A DNA stretch of 20,500 bases from a virus (taxonomy: Duplodnaviria > Heunggongvirae > Uroviricota > Caudoviricetes). The position numbers and the translations under genes are program-made. The DNA lies in the IMG/VR virus record IMGVR_UViG_2778261532_000014, one strand, 5' to 3'. Below are positions 8,883-16,997 of the stretch, piece after piece (the stretch's first letter is position 1; every line of letters begins with the position of its first letter). The notes under the pieces were generated by a model that ran no database searches, was not told where the DNA came from, and saw only the letters and a list, made by a program, of their open reading frames with translations.

Positions 8883-9083
8883 ATGAAAGCGTATTGGGAC
8901 TCTTTAACCAAAGAACAGCAGGGCGAGTTGGCCGTAAAAGTTGGCTCAACACCAGGCTACTTACGGCTGGTTTTCAATGGTTATAAAAAAGCCAGTTTTG
9001 TGCTGGCTAAAAAACTTGAGCAATGCACGTCAGGTGCAATTACGAAATCTGACTTAAGACCGGATATCTATCCGAAAGATTAA
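8883..9083 (+). CDS. Cro-like HTH regulator
   Basis: 66-aa ORF from ATG 8883 preceded by GGAGG; the 167-aa ORF in the track is an upstream extension antisense to cI. Confidence 0.75.
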   Translation: MKAYWDSLTKEQQGELAVKVGSTPGYLRLVFNGYKKASFVLAKKLEQCTSGAITKSDLRPDIYPKD

Positions 9084-9114
9084 CAGAACACCTTCAATTT
9101 TTAACCACAGAACG

Positions 9115-9678
9115 ATGAGGCTAACCGTGGGTAAGCATCACTGGAAAGTAGAAAAACAGCCTGAGTGGTACGTGAAAGCTGTCAGAAAAACTATCGCGGC
9201 GTTGCCGGGAGGTTACGCTGAAGCTGCTGAGTGGCTGGATGTAACAGAGAACGCTTTATTCAACCGCCTTCGTGCAGATGGCGATCAGATTTTCCCGCTG
9301 GGATGGGCAATGATTTTACAGCGCGCGGCTGGCACTCACTACATTGCGGATGCTGTCGCACAGTCTGCTGATGGGGTGTTTGTATCGCTTCCTGAACTTG
9401 AGGAAGTAGAGAACGCCGATATAAACCAGCGCCTGCTGGAAGTCATCGAACAGATCGGGAGTTACTCAAAGCAGATTCGTTCGGCAATCGAAGATGGGGT
9501 AGTGGAGCCACACGAGCAGACAGCAATTAATGATGAGTTGTATCTGTCAATTTCGAAGCTCCAGGAGCATGCAGCACTGGTCTACAAAATCTTTTGCGCT
9601 CCAGAAAAGAGTGACGCCCGCGAGTGTGCAGCTCCGGGCGTCGTGGCGTTTTGTGTCTGTGGAGAAACTAACGCATGA
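9115..9678 (+). CDS. CII-like phage regulatory protein (CP76/YdaT-like)
   Basis: 187-aa ORF directly after cro; N-terminal region resembles CII-family proteins by recollection; weak RBS; start uncertain. Confidence 0.55.
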   Translation: MRLTVGKHHWKVEKQPEWYVKAVRKTIAALPGGYAEAAEWLDVTENALFNRLRADGDQIFPLGWAMILQRAAGTHYIADAVAQSADGVFVSLPELEEVENADINQRLLEVIEQIGSYSKQIRSAIEDGVVEPHEQTAINDELYLSISKLQEHAALVYKIFCAPEKSDARECAAPGVVAFCVCGETNA

Positions 9679-10511
9679 ACAGTTTAACGGCAAATAACCG
9701 TTTGTCGCAACAGCTGGTGGTCAGTGTCGCTGAACACCTGTTGTTACGGCATGAATGCAGATTACCAAATCACCTGGCTGTAAGTAACCACAGAGAACTT
9801 TACCTGACTGTGGGGGGCGAGTTGTGCAGGAACTTAACCGCTGGTTTCGTGACGGAAGAGGGCTTTATGTCCATGTTATTCGTTGGGAGCCAGAAACACA
9901 GCGCGTTATCTATCTTCGCAAAGACTACCCGCATGAGTGCTTTAGTCCTTTGTGGAAATTCAGGCGTGATTTTGTTGAGTGTGAAGGACCACCAGCACAT
10001 TGATTCTGCCATTCCGGGACGTTACACTGTTCAGGCACCTTATAAAGCGGGTGCCGGGATTGGCGTCCTGGAAATGTTATCGGCGATATATGACGCGCCA
10101 GCGTCTTTTTTATCGTCTGCGTCTGCGCACCCCCAAATTATGGTGGGCTGGACGGGGGCACCGAAAGGTGCGCCGGTTTCCGATAACGCCGGTTACGCCA
10201 ACCCCGTTCAGTTCACCACCAGCGAAATTGGCGTTTCCGGTGGTGAAGGTAATTCACTGTTATCGGAGGCTGTCATCATGGCTACTGTCCCAGCCCTCAC
10301 TCGTCTGAATGATGAAGACTTACATAAACTCAGTTATGTAACAACTGCACTACGTGCTCTGCGCAAGGTAACTCTTTCGGATCCGCAGGCGCATCAGGTT
10401 CTGGTAGAAACCCTTCTTAACTTGCAGGCTGAACGTATTCGTCTGGCGGATAAGGCTAATTTTCATATTCACCGTCTCCTGAATATCAGCGGAGGGCATC
10501 GTCATGCTTAA
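9675..10511 (+). CDS. Hypothetical protein(s); reading frame ambiguous in the first third
   Basis: 278-aa open frame with ATGA and ATGCTTAA overlaps at both ends; region 10010-10511 has clear coding periodicity; a protein-like alternative frame exists at 9788-10003 next to a G6 run (see findings). Confidence 0.45.
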   Translation: MNSLTANNRLSQQLVVSVAEHLLLRHECRLPNHLAVSNHRELYLTVGGELCRNLTAGFVTEEGFMSMLFVGSQKHSALSIFAKTTRMSALVLCGNSGVILLSVKDHQHIDSAIPGRYTVQAPYKAGAGIGVLEMLSAIYDAPASFLSSASAHPQIMVGWTGAPKGAPVSDNAGYANPVQFTTSEIGVSGGEGNSLLSEAVIMATVPALTRLNDEDLHKLSYVTTALRALRKVTLSDPQAHQVLVETLLNLQAERIRLADKANFHIHRLLNISGGHRHA

Positions 10512-10740
10512 TCCGTTGATCCTCAATATTTGCCGTTTGCTTCAGCGTAAAAAAACATCAATTCCTACAGTTGGGCAGTGGTACACCACGCCTGCAGGGC
10601 ATGTTCTACGTGTTAGCCTGGTTGACCGTGAATGCCAGAAGGTGATTTGTGAACCGCTGGGCCGTAATTACCGCGTCATTATGCCGCTTATAGCCTTTCG
10701 CTCCGGAAAAAACATGAAGCATCTCGGAGGTGCAGCATGA
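10504..10740 (+). CDS. Hypothetical small phage protein
   Basis: 78-aa ORF; GGAGGG RBS 7 nt upstream; start/stop overlaps with both neighbours. Confidence 0.55.
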   Translation: MLNPLILNICRLLQRKKTSIPTVGQWYTTPAGHVLRVSLVDRECQKVICEPLGRNYRVIMPLIAFRSGKNMKHLGGAA

Positions 10741-11555
10741 GTATGGAGCTGATGGTTAAAGCGATGAAAATTAGAGTGGGTAATCCATTGCGAAAACTGG
10801 TTCTGATCAAGCTGGCTGATAATGCCAGCGATAAGGGTGAGTGCTGGCCCAGCTACCAGCATATTGCTGACCAGTGCGAGATTAGCAAACGTTCTGTGAT
10901 GAATCATATTGCGGCCCTTTGTGAGTCCGGGCTGGTAAAAAAAGTCACCCGGAAAGGTGAAAAAGGTAACTCAAGTAATATCTATCTCCTTCATCTTGAT
11001 GGTGCAGGAGATTCACTAGGGGGTAGTGCAAATGATTCACTATCTGGTGCAGCAAATTCACCAGGTAGTGCAGGAGTTGCACTTGGGGGTAGTGCAGGAG
11101 ATTCACCCAGAACCAGTCACTCTTTTGAACCAGTCAAAGAACCAGTCAATGAACCAATAGCTGTTGGTGAATCTGCTGATGAGTCTGTGCGAGTTCGTTC
11201 AAACCGACCGGAATACTCTCCGGAGTTTGAGCAGGCATGGCTGGCATACCCCAAACGTGCTGGTGGCAATTCAAAATCTGCAGCCTTCAAAGCCTGGAAA
11301 GCCCGTTTGAATGAGGGGGTAAAACCCGAAACCATGCTGGAAGGTGTGAAACGCTACGCGGGCTGGGTATCTGCGATGGGTAACAGCGGCACACAATTTG
11401 TGAAACAGGCTGTCACGTTCTTTGGTCCGGATCGTCATTTCGAAGAATCCTGGGAAGTTCCTGCGGTATCTGCAGCCAGACGCGAGGACCCGTACTTCAA
11501 AGCCAGTTACGACAACGTGGACTACAGCCAGATCCCGGCAGGATTCAGGGGGTGA
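10737..11555 (+). CDS. Phage replication initiation protein (O-like replisome organizer with N-terminal winged helix)
   Basis: 272-aa ORF; GGAGG RBS; N-terminal HTH segment typical of phage replication initiators; internal DNA iterons consistent with an ori embedded in the initiator gene, as in lambda O. Confidence 0.75.
   Translation: MSMELMVKAMKIRVGNPLRKLVLIKLADNASDKGECWPSYQHIADQCEISKRSVMNHIAALCESGLVKKVTRKGEKGNSSNIYLLHLDGAGDSLGGSANDSLSGAANSPGSAGVALGGSAGDSPRTSHSFEPVKEPVNEPIAVGESADESVRVRSNRPEYSPEFEQAWLAYPKRAGGNSKSAAFKAWKARLNEGVKPETMLEGVKRYAGWVSAMGNSGTQFVKQAVTFFGPDRHFEESWEVPAVSAARREDPYFKASYDNVDYSQIPAGFRG
11001..11160. repeat. Iteron-like direct repeats inside replication gene (putative ori)
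   Basis: About five ~21-bp units with core TGCA-N3-4-ATTCAC (11001-11107) followed by three GAACCAGTCA repeats (11109-11160). Confidence 0.6.
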
Positions 11556-11557
11556 TT

Positions 11558-12046
11558 ATGAGTCTTTTGAATGAAGTTCAGAAATTCATTGAAGCCCATC
11601 CGGGGTGTACTTCCGGAGACATTGCGGATGCTTTTGCTGGTTACTCACGGCAGCGCGTTCTGCAGTCAGCAAGCAAGTTACGTCAGAGTGGGCGTGTGGC
11701 TCACCGTTGTGAAGGAGATACACGCAGACATTTCCCGCGCCTGACTGAGAGAGCGCAGGAGCCGGAACCACAATCTGTTCGTGAAACCAGACCTGTGCGC
11801 AATTTCTATGTCGGCACTAACGATCCCCGTGTGATTTTGTGCCTGACCCGCCAGGCTGAAGAACTGGAGTCCAGGGGCTTATACCGTCGTGCTGCAACGG
11901 TGTGGATGGCGGCATTCCGTGAAAGCCACTCCCAGCCAGAACGAAACAATTTTCTGGCGCGTCGTGAGCAGTGTTTACGGAAAAGCAGCAAGCGCGCTGT
12001 ATCGGGTGATGAGTGGTATCTGTCAGGGAATTACGTGGGGGCTTAA
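11558..12046 (+). CDS. PerC-family transcriptional regulator-like protein
   Basis: ATG 11558 with AGGGGG RBS 6 nt upstream (track starts at GTG 11552); motif LESRGLYRRAATVWMAAF...FLARREQCLRK matches the PerC/Pch signature as I recall it. Confidence 0.65.
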   Translation: MSLLNEVQKFIEAHPGCTSGDIADAFAGYSRQRVLQSASKLRQSGRVAHRCEGDTRRHFPRLTERAQEPEPQSVRETRPVRNFYVGTNDPRVILCLTRQAEELESRGLYRRAATVWMAAFRESHSQPERNNFLARREQCLRKSSKRAVSGDEWYLSGNYVGA

Positions 12047-12372
12047 TGACGACGTTAACTCAATGCCAGCAGCAGGTGCTGGATATGCTGATTTCTTATC
12101 AGAAAGAACGTGGTTTCCCGCCAACCAATCAGGAGGTGGCAGCCATGCTGGGATACCGTTCGGTGAATGCAGCGGTGGAGCATCTTCGCGCACTGGAGAA
12201 AAAAGGCGTCATCACGATAAAGCGTGGCGTGGCCCGGGGTATCACGCTTCATACCACAGTGAAGGACGACGACAGCGAGGCAGCCGGGATTATCCGCGCA
12301 CTGCTTGCCGGTGAGGAAAACGCCAGACTGCGTGCAGCCCACTGGTTACATGAGAGGGGCCTGAAAGTATGA
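12046..12372 (+). CDS. LexA N-terminal DNA-binding-domain protein lacking the S24 peptidase domain
   Basis: 108 aa from ATG 12046 (TAATG overlap); MTTLTQCQQQVLDMLISYQKERGFPPTNQEVAAMLGYRSVNAAVEHLRALEKKGVITIKRGVARGITL aligns closely with the LexA winged-helix domain; no cleavage-site or Ser/Lys domain follows. Confidence 0.8.
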   Translation: MTTLTQCQQQVLDMLISYQKERGFPPTNQEVAAMLGYRSVNAAVEHLRALEKKGVITIKRGVARGITLHTTVKDDDSEAAGIIRALLAGEENARLRAAHWLHERGLKV

Positions 12373-12758
12373 AGCTGATCCTGCCTTTCCCGCCCAGCGT
12401 GAACACGTACTGGCGACACCCCAACAAAGGGGCGTTTGCTGGTAAGAGTCTGATAAGCGCAGCGGGGCGCAAATTCCAGAGCGCGGCATGCGCAGCAATA
12501 GTTGAGCAGTTACGTCGTCTGCCGAAACCAACGTCGGCACCTGCTTCAGTGGAGATCGTGTTGTTTCCTCCGGATAACCGGATCCGCGATCTGGACAACT
12601 ATAACAAGGCGCTGTTTGACGCCCTGACCCACGCGGGTGTGTGGGAAGACGACAGACAGGTGAAAAGAATGCTGGTGGAGTGGGGACCGGTTATCCCGAA
12701 AGGGAAGGTCGAGATCACTATCAGTAAGTATGAGAAACCGGCGGGTGCAGCCGCCTGA
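12369..12758 (+). CDS. rusA: RusA-family Holliday junction resolvase
   Basis: 129-aa ORF; ATGA overlap with upstream gene; conserved RusA features (PPSVNTYWRH, DLDNYNKALFDALT). Confidence 0.9.
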   Translation: MKLILPFPPSVNTYWRHPNKGAFAGKSLISAAGRKFQSAACAAIVEQLRRLPKPTSAPASVEIVLFPPDNRIRDLDNYNKALFDALTHAGVWEDDRQVKRMLVEWGPVIPKGKVEITISKYEKPAGAAA

Positions 12759-12777
12759 TTAAGAGGAGAAACGAAGT

Positions 12778-13575
12778 ATGAATAATCTGATGGTTATTGA
12801 TGGTATTGAAGTTCGTCGTGATGCTTATGGGCGTTACAGCCTGAACGATCTGCACAGGGCTGCTGGTTCTCTGGATAAGCATAAGCCTGCATTCTGGCTC
12901 CGCAATGAGCAAACTGAGCGTTTAATAAGCGAGTTGCAGATTTGCAACTCGGTCAATATAGAGCCAGTTAACGTTATTCGTGGCGGAAATAACCAGGGGA
13001 CGTATGTCTGCAAAGAACTGGTGTATGCCTATGCAATGTGGATCAGCCCGTCATTCCATCTGAAGGTGATCCGTACTTTCGACATGGTAACCAGCGCACC
13101 GGAAAAATTATCCGGACAGGCTGCTGACAAGATGCAGGCTGGTGTGATCCTGCTGGACTTTATGCGCCGGGAATTAAACCTGTCTAACTCATCAGTGCTT
13201 GGAGCCTGTCAGAAGCTTCAGGAGGCTGTTGGCTTACCGAATCTGGCACCGCGCTATGCCATTGATGCTCCTGCTGACGCGCCTGATGGCTCAAGCCGCC
13301 CCACGCTGTCACTGAGTGCACTGCTGAAGCAGTATGGTATCCGCCTGACAGCTAATCAGGCATATCACCAGATGGTGAAGCTGGGGATCGTCGAGCAGCG
13401 CGAACGATACAGCCGTACCGCGATTAACAACATCAAAAAATTCTGGTCGCTGACAGCGAAAGGCTGCATGTTCGGCAAGAATATCACCAGTCCCGCAAAT
13501 CCGCGCGAGACGCAGCCGCATTTCTTCGAATCCCGATTCCCTGAGCTGTTAAAGCTGCTCGATACCGTTCATTGA
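12778..13575 (+). CDS. KilA-N domain protein (antirepressor-like)
   Basis: 265-aa ORF; GAGGAG RBS; N-terminal KilA-N-like region. Confidence 0.75.
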   Translation: MNNLMVIDGIEVRRDAYGRYSLNDLHRAAGSLDKHKPAFWLRNEQTERLISELQICNSVNIEPVNVIRGGNNQGTYVCKELVYAYAMWISPSFHLKVIRTFDMVTSAPEKLSGQAADKMQAGVILLDFMRRELNLSNSSVLGACQKLQEAVGLPNLAPRYAIDAPADAPDGSSRPTLSLSALLKQYGIRLTANQAYHQMVKLGIVEQRERYSRTAINNIKKFWSLTAKGCMFGKNITSPANPRETQPHFFESRFPELLKLLDTVH

Positions 13576-13576
13576 G

Positions 13577-14572
13577 GTGACCGTGAGAGCACTACTGACC
13601 CCTGAAATTGCCCCGCGTATGGGGATCGTATTGTTCAGGCCAGGTTCAGAGTTGATGCCCCTGTTTATGCAGGGGCGTGTCCTGCTGGAGCCTGAGCCGG
13701 AACGTTATTCATCTTTCGCCAGTGGTGCCGTTCCGGCGGCATCACAACCGCTGGCGGATGATCCTGCCGTTCGGGCCGTGTTCCGCAATGAGGCAGTGAT
13801 CCGTCGTGCTGGTGGCGTGGAATGTCTTGAAAGCTGGTTACTTCGTGAAAAAGGCTGCCAGTGGCCTCATTCCGACTGGCACAGCGAGAACATGACCACA
13901 ATGCGACACGCTCCGGGCGCAATCCGTCTGTGCTGGCACTGCGATAACCAGCTGCGCGATCAGTTCACGGAACGGCTGGAATCAATGGCAACGGATAACT
14001 GTGCCCGCTGGGTGTTGTCTGTTGTGCGTCGGGATCTCGGTTTTGATGACAGTCACGTTGTGACAATGCCGGAACTGTGCTGGTGGCTGATTCGTAATGA
14101 TCTGGCGGATGCCTTACCGGAAAGTGCAGCCCGTAAGGCACTGAGATTACCGAAGCCTGTTGTGCCGTCTGTCACCCGGGAAAGTGACCTTGTGCCTTCG
14201 GTTCCTGCCACCAGCATCATCCAGGATAAAGCGAAAAAGGTGCTGGCGCTGAAAGTGGATCCGGAGTCGCCGGAGTCTTTTATGTTACGCCCAAAACGTC
14301 GCCGCTGGGTTAATGAAAAGTACACGCGCTGGGTTAAGACACAGCCGTGTGCATGTTGTGGAAAGCCCGCTGATGATCCCCACCACCTGATAGGCCACGG
14401 TCAGTGTGGAATGGGTACAAAAGCGCATGACCTTTTTGTGTTGCCTTTGTGCAGAAAGCATCACGACGAGCTGCATGCGGATACCGTGGCATTTGAAGAG
14501 AGGTATGGCTCCCAGCTGGAGCTGATATTTCGTTTTATCGATCGTGCGCTGGCAATTGGCGTGCTGGCCTGA
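13577..14572 (+). CDS. DUF968 domain protein (HNH/zinc-finger-like C-terminus)
   Basis: 331-aa ORF; C-terminal CACCGKP...HHLIGHG...CRKHHDELH motif typical of DUF968; start codon uncertain (GTG 13577 or downstream). Confidence 0.75.
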   Translation: MTVRALLTPEIAPRMGIVLFRPGSELMPLFMQGRVLLEPEPERYSSFASGAVPAASQPLADDPAVRAVFRNEAVIRRAGGVECLESWLLREKGCQWPHSDWHSENMTTMRHAPGAIRLCWHCDNQLRDQFTERLESMATDNCARWVLSVVRRDLGFDDSHVVTMPELCWWLIRNDLADALPESAARKALRLPKPVVPSVTRESDLVPSVPATSIIQDKAKKVLALKVDPESPESFMLRPKRRRWVNEKYTRWVKTQPCACCGKPADDPHHLIGHGQCGMGTKAHDLFVLPLCRKHHDELHADTVAFEERYGSQLELIFRFIDRALAIGVLA

Positions 14573-14589
14573 TTTTGTGGAGAAAGTTG

Positions 14590-14952
14590 ATGCGTGATAT
14601 TCAAATGGTTCTGGATCGTTGGGGAGCATGGGCGGCGAGTGATAGTTCAGGAGTAGACTATTCTCCTATAGCTGCTGGGTTTAAAGGGCTTCTTCCCTAT
14701 ACAAGCAAAACACGTCAGGCTTGTTCAGATAGTGATGCATTAATTATTGAAGGTTGTCTTGCTCTTCTTAAAAAGCGAAAACCGTACGAGCATTCTTTGA
14801 TTGTGGCCCATTACCTGTATGGCATCTCGAAAAGAAAGCTTGCAAGAGCTCGCAAAAAAGATGAGAAATTGATACGTATAGAGATACAGATGGCTGAAGG
14901 GTTTATTGATGGATGCCTTTCAATGCTGGATGTTAAACTTGAAATGGAGTAG
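14590..14952 (+). CDS. Late-gene antitermination protein Q (QuuD/Q82-like family)
   Basis: 120 aa from ATG 14590 with GGAG RBS; MRDIQMVLDRWGAWAA N-terminus and overall pattern match DLP12 QuuD-type Q proteins as recalled. Confidence 0.85.
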   Translation: MRDIQMVLDRWGAWAASDSSGVDYSPIAAGFKGLLPYTSKTRQACSDSDALIIEGCLALLKKRKPYEHSLIVAHYLYGISKRKLARARKKDEKLIRIEIQMAEGFIDGCLSMLDVKLEME

Positions 14953-14980
14953 AAAAAAGGGCATTTCTGCCCTTTTTAAA
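14953..14980. terminator. Bidirectional Rho-independent terminator between Q and the convergent cassette
   Basis: Hairpin gggca-tttc-tgccc flanked by A6 upstream and T5 downstream; serves the stop of Q (14952) and the stop of the minus-strand gene (14976). Confidence 0.7.
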
Positions 14981-15419
14981 TGTGGGGGAGTATCCAGTTT
15001 ACTTTTCTCCATGTAAAGGCAAAAGTTATTACTGAAATGATAAGAAGAGATAAAGATTCGATAATTAAAATAAATTCTATTTTTTCTCCATGTAACAATG
15101 TCTTTTCATTGGCAAACATTGCTATCAAAGCAATAACGCATGCCGTAATTAAAGATGCACCTGCGGTTAATAGATTTACAATAATAACTTGAAGTATGTT
15201 GTTGTTTTTTAATGCTTTTATTATTCCATTTGAGTTTTCGCTAGCAGCACTAAAAATTGATTTTGTGGCTAAAATAAAACCAAATAAAATACCGGATACA
15301 GTTGAAATAACCCCGGAGGCTGTAAGTATGTCAGCATGCCCCATCTGAGGGATATACCTCAGTAGGAACAAGGTGCAAAAAACACTTACAATCAGGTTTC
15401 TTAAGTATTTCAATAACAT
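14976..15419 (-). CDS. Four-TM small membrane protein (RexB-like candidate effector)
   Basis: 147-aa ORF with four predicted hydrophobic helices; 3-nt gap to upstream gene; very AT-rich. Confidence 0.7.
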   Translation of the reverse strand: MLLKYLRNLIVSVFCTLFLLRYIPQMGHADILTASGVISTVSGILFGFILATKSIFSAASENSNGIIKALKNNNILQVIIVNLLTAGASLITACVIALIAMFANEKTLLHGEKIEFILIIESLSLLIISVITFAFTWRKVNWILPHI

Positions 15420-15422
15420 ATC

Positions 15423-16364
15423 CTATACCTTCTTTTTGCTGATATCGTATTGCTTAAGGTATTCATTGTTATCAATTTTAGCAGAAATCATGGCTTGCAG
15501 AACATCACTATCAGTGCCATAACCATTAACGGTATATATGTTTTTTTCTGAAATGAGTACCTGATCAAGAAGACTTTGTTCAACGGTATTTTTGGGCTGT
15601 GTTACTGCCGCTTTTTTTACAATTCCCGGCATTTTTTCAAGGAGTTCTTTAATACCATCCTTAACGAGATCTGATAAATAACCTTTGACTTTTACTCTCC
15701 CTGATGCACGTCCCCTTAGATTTAACTTGAGACGTGTTCCACCCAGCCCTACCATCATATTTACCAGTTCCTTAGAAAATGAACTATTTAGCTGGTAATT
15801 TGTTGCATCAAAGTTCCTGGGAGCAGCCAGGACAATATCACAACTTCTCAAAGTACTTCCTGTTTCAAGTAGCTCTTTGACGCTCTCTTTTTTCCAGATG
15901 GCTTGGAATGAAAAGTTATTTCCAGGATTACCACTCTGGCTGTAAAGCAGATAAGCTAAATCCGATTCTTTCGGCCCAAGATGATTTTGAGTTAATATTA
16001 AAATATCACTATCGTAATAATATAAAAAATAGGTTCTTTCGACTATGTATTTTTTATCATCTAGTGGTATGTTGTGCTCATTCCAGTGTTCATCACCAAT
16101 ATAAGGAAGGAGATACTCTTCTCGTGAGCATGACATGTAGCCGAAGAAATATTTAGCTTTTGTATCTTTATTTATAAAAGCTATTTTTAACTTTTTATTT
16201 CTATAGATGGTATCAAAATGATTATTCGTAACGGTTACGCAAGTATTATACAGATTTTCAATTGCTTGCTTAGCAACTGAATGGCTGCGGATAGTCCCAG
16301 AACTGCTGGTGTAAAAACCAATTTTAAGTTTTTTTTGTTTCTTTGATTGCGCAATAGTAGCCAT
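15423..16364 (-). CDS. Hypothetical 313-aa cytoplasmic protein (candidate sensor partner of the 4-TM protein)
   Basis: AAGG RBS 7 nt upstream of ATG at 16364; Lys/Asn/Tyr-rich AT-rich composition; no motif I can assign. Confidence 0.7.
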   Translation of the reverse strand: MATIAQSKKQKKLKIGFYTSSSGTIRSHSVAKQAIENLYNTCVTVTNNHFDTIYRNKKLKIAFINKDTKAKYFFGYMSCSREEYLLPYIGDEHWNEHNIPLDDKKYIVERTYFLYYYDSDILILTQNHLGPKESDLAYLLYSQSGNPGNNFSFQAIWKKESVKELLETGSTLRSCDIVLAAPRNFDATNYQLNSSFSKELVNMMVGLGGTRLKLNLRGRASGRVKVKGYLSDLVKDGIKELLEKMPGIVKKAAVTQPKNTVEQSLLDQVLISEKNIYTVNGYGTDSDVLQAMISAKIDNNEYLKQYDISKKKV

Positions 16365-16497
16365 GTTAAACCTTAGTATACTAATAATTTCTTATGGATC
16401 TTATTTTTTATATGGCTTTAATTTAGCAAAAAAAAATTACCGCGGTCCGCAAATTTTATCTTAATCTGTTAAGAGTGGTTACTTCGCCACACAGCTT

Positions 16498-16521
16498 AAA
16501 CCCGCCGTCGAGCGGTTTTTT
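16498..16521 (+). terminator. Possible plus-strand terminator-like hairpin
   Basis: acccgc-cgtcga-gcggtt stem-loop followed by TTTTTT; no annotated plus-strand gene ends here, so the terminated transcript is unknown. Confidence 0.35.
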
Positions 16522-16619
16522 GTACCTGTAAACCTGGTGCAGTACAGTAAACACGCTGGTGGTCGTGAATACTGACTTTTTATCTTGCTGGCTTTTTAGA
16601 CAAGAGTTATTGGTATGTC

Positions 16620-16847
16620 ATGTTAACCAGAAGGGAAAAAGACATGCTAAAACAGCAAGATATGACAGAAACCGCCGCCGCAGTCCTTCATTTCTTACCT
16701 GCTGACAAGTGGGTAACGCCACGCATGATGACGAGAACTACCGGAGTAAGCGAAGCCCAGTGCCAGTTAATACTGACTCAGTTAGTTCTGGCGGGTCTGG
16801 CGAAGGATAACGGCGGGTACGGGAATAAATTCAGACGCTGCCAGTAA
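16620..16847 (+). CDS. Hypothetical small protein upstream of methyltransferase
   Basis: 75-aa ORF; start ambiguous (ATG 16620 or 16644); weak RBS. Confidence 0.45.
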   Translation: MLTRREKDMLKQQDMTETAAAVLHFLPADKWVTPRMMTRTTGVSEAQCQLILTQLVLAGLAKDNGGYGNKFRRCQ

Positions 16848-16997
16848 TGGCGGTTTCCTGCTGTGAAAATGGGCGGCTGGTGGGTGTTGGTAGCACCTGC
16901 CAGCCATTCGCTCATGCTTACTGGTCACAAGCGAACCACGGCCCACTGCTTTAGCGCAAAAGCAGAGTGAGCCTACCAGAGTTACGCTTACTGATCC

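Noticed and set aside
10000-10308. 102-aa plus-strand ORF inside the 278-aa ORF
   Set aside because: Arg/Pro/Trp-rich low-complexity product; the other frame shows clear coding periodicity (GGT/GAA/GGC codons) over the same region.
14976-16364. Firm assignment of the two-gene cassette as Kiwa or as RexAB
   Set aside because: Gene order is opposite to the usual Kiwa order and I cannot verify sequence similarity to either family without a search; kept as an architecture-level hypothesis only.
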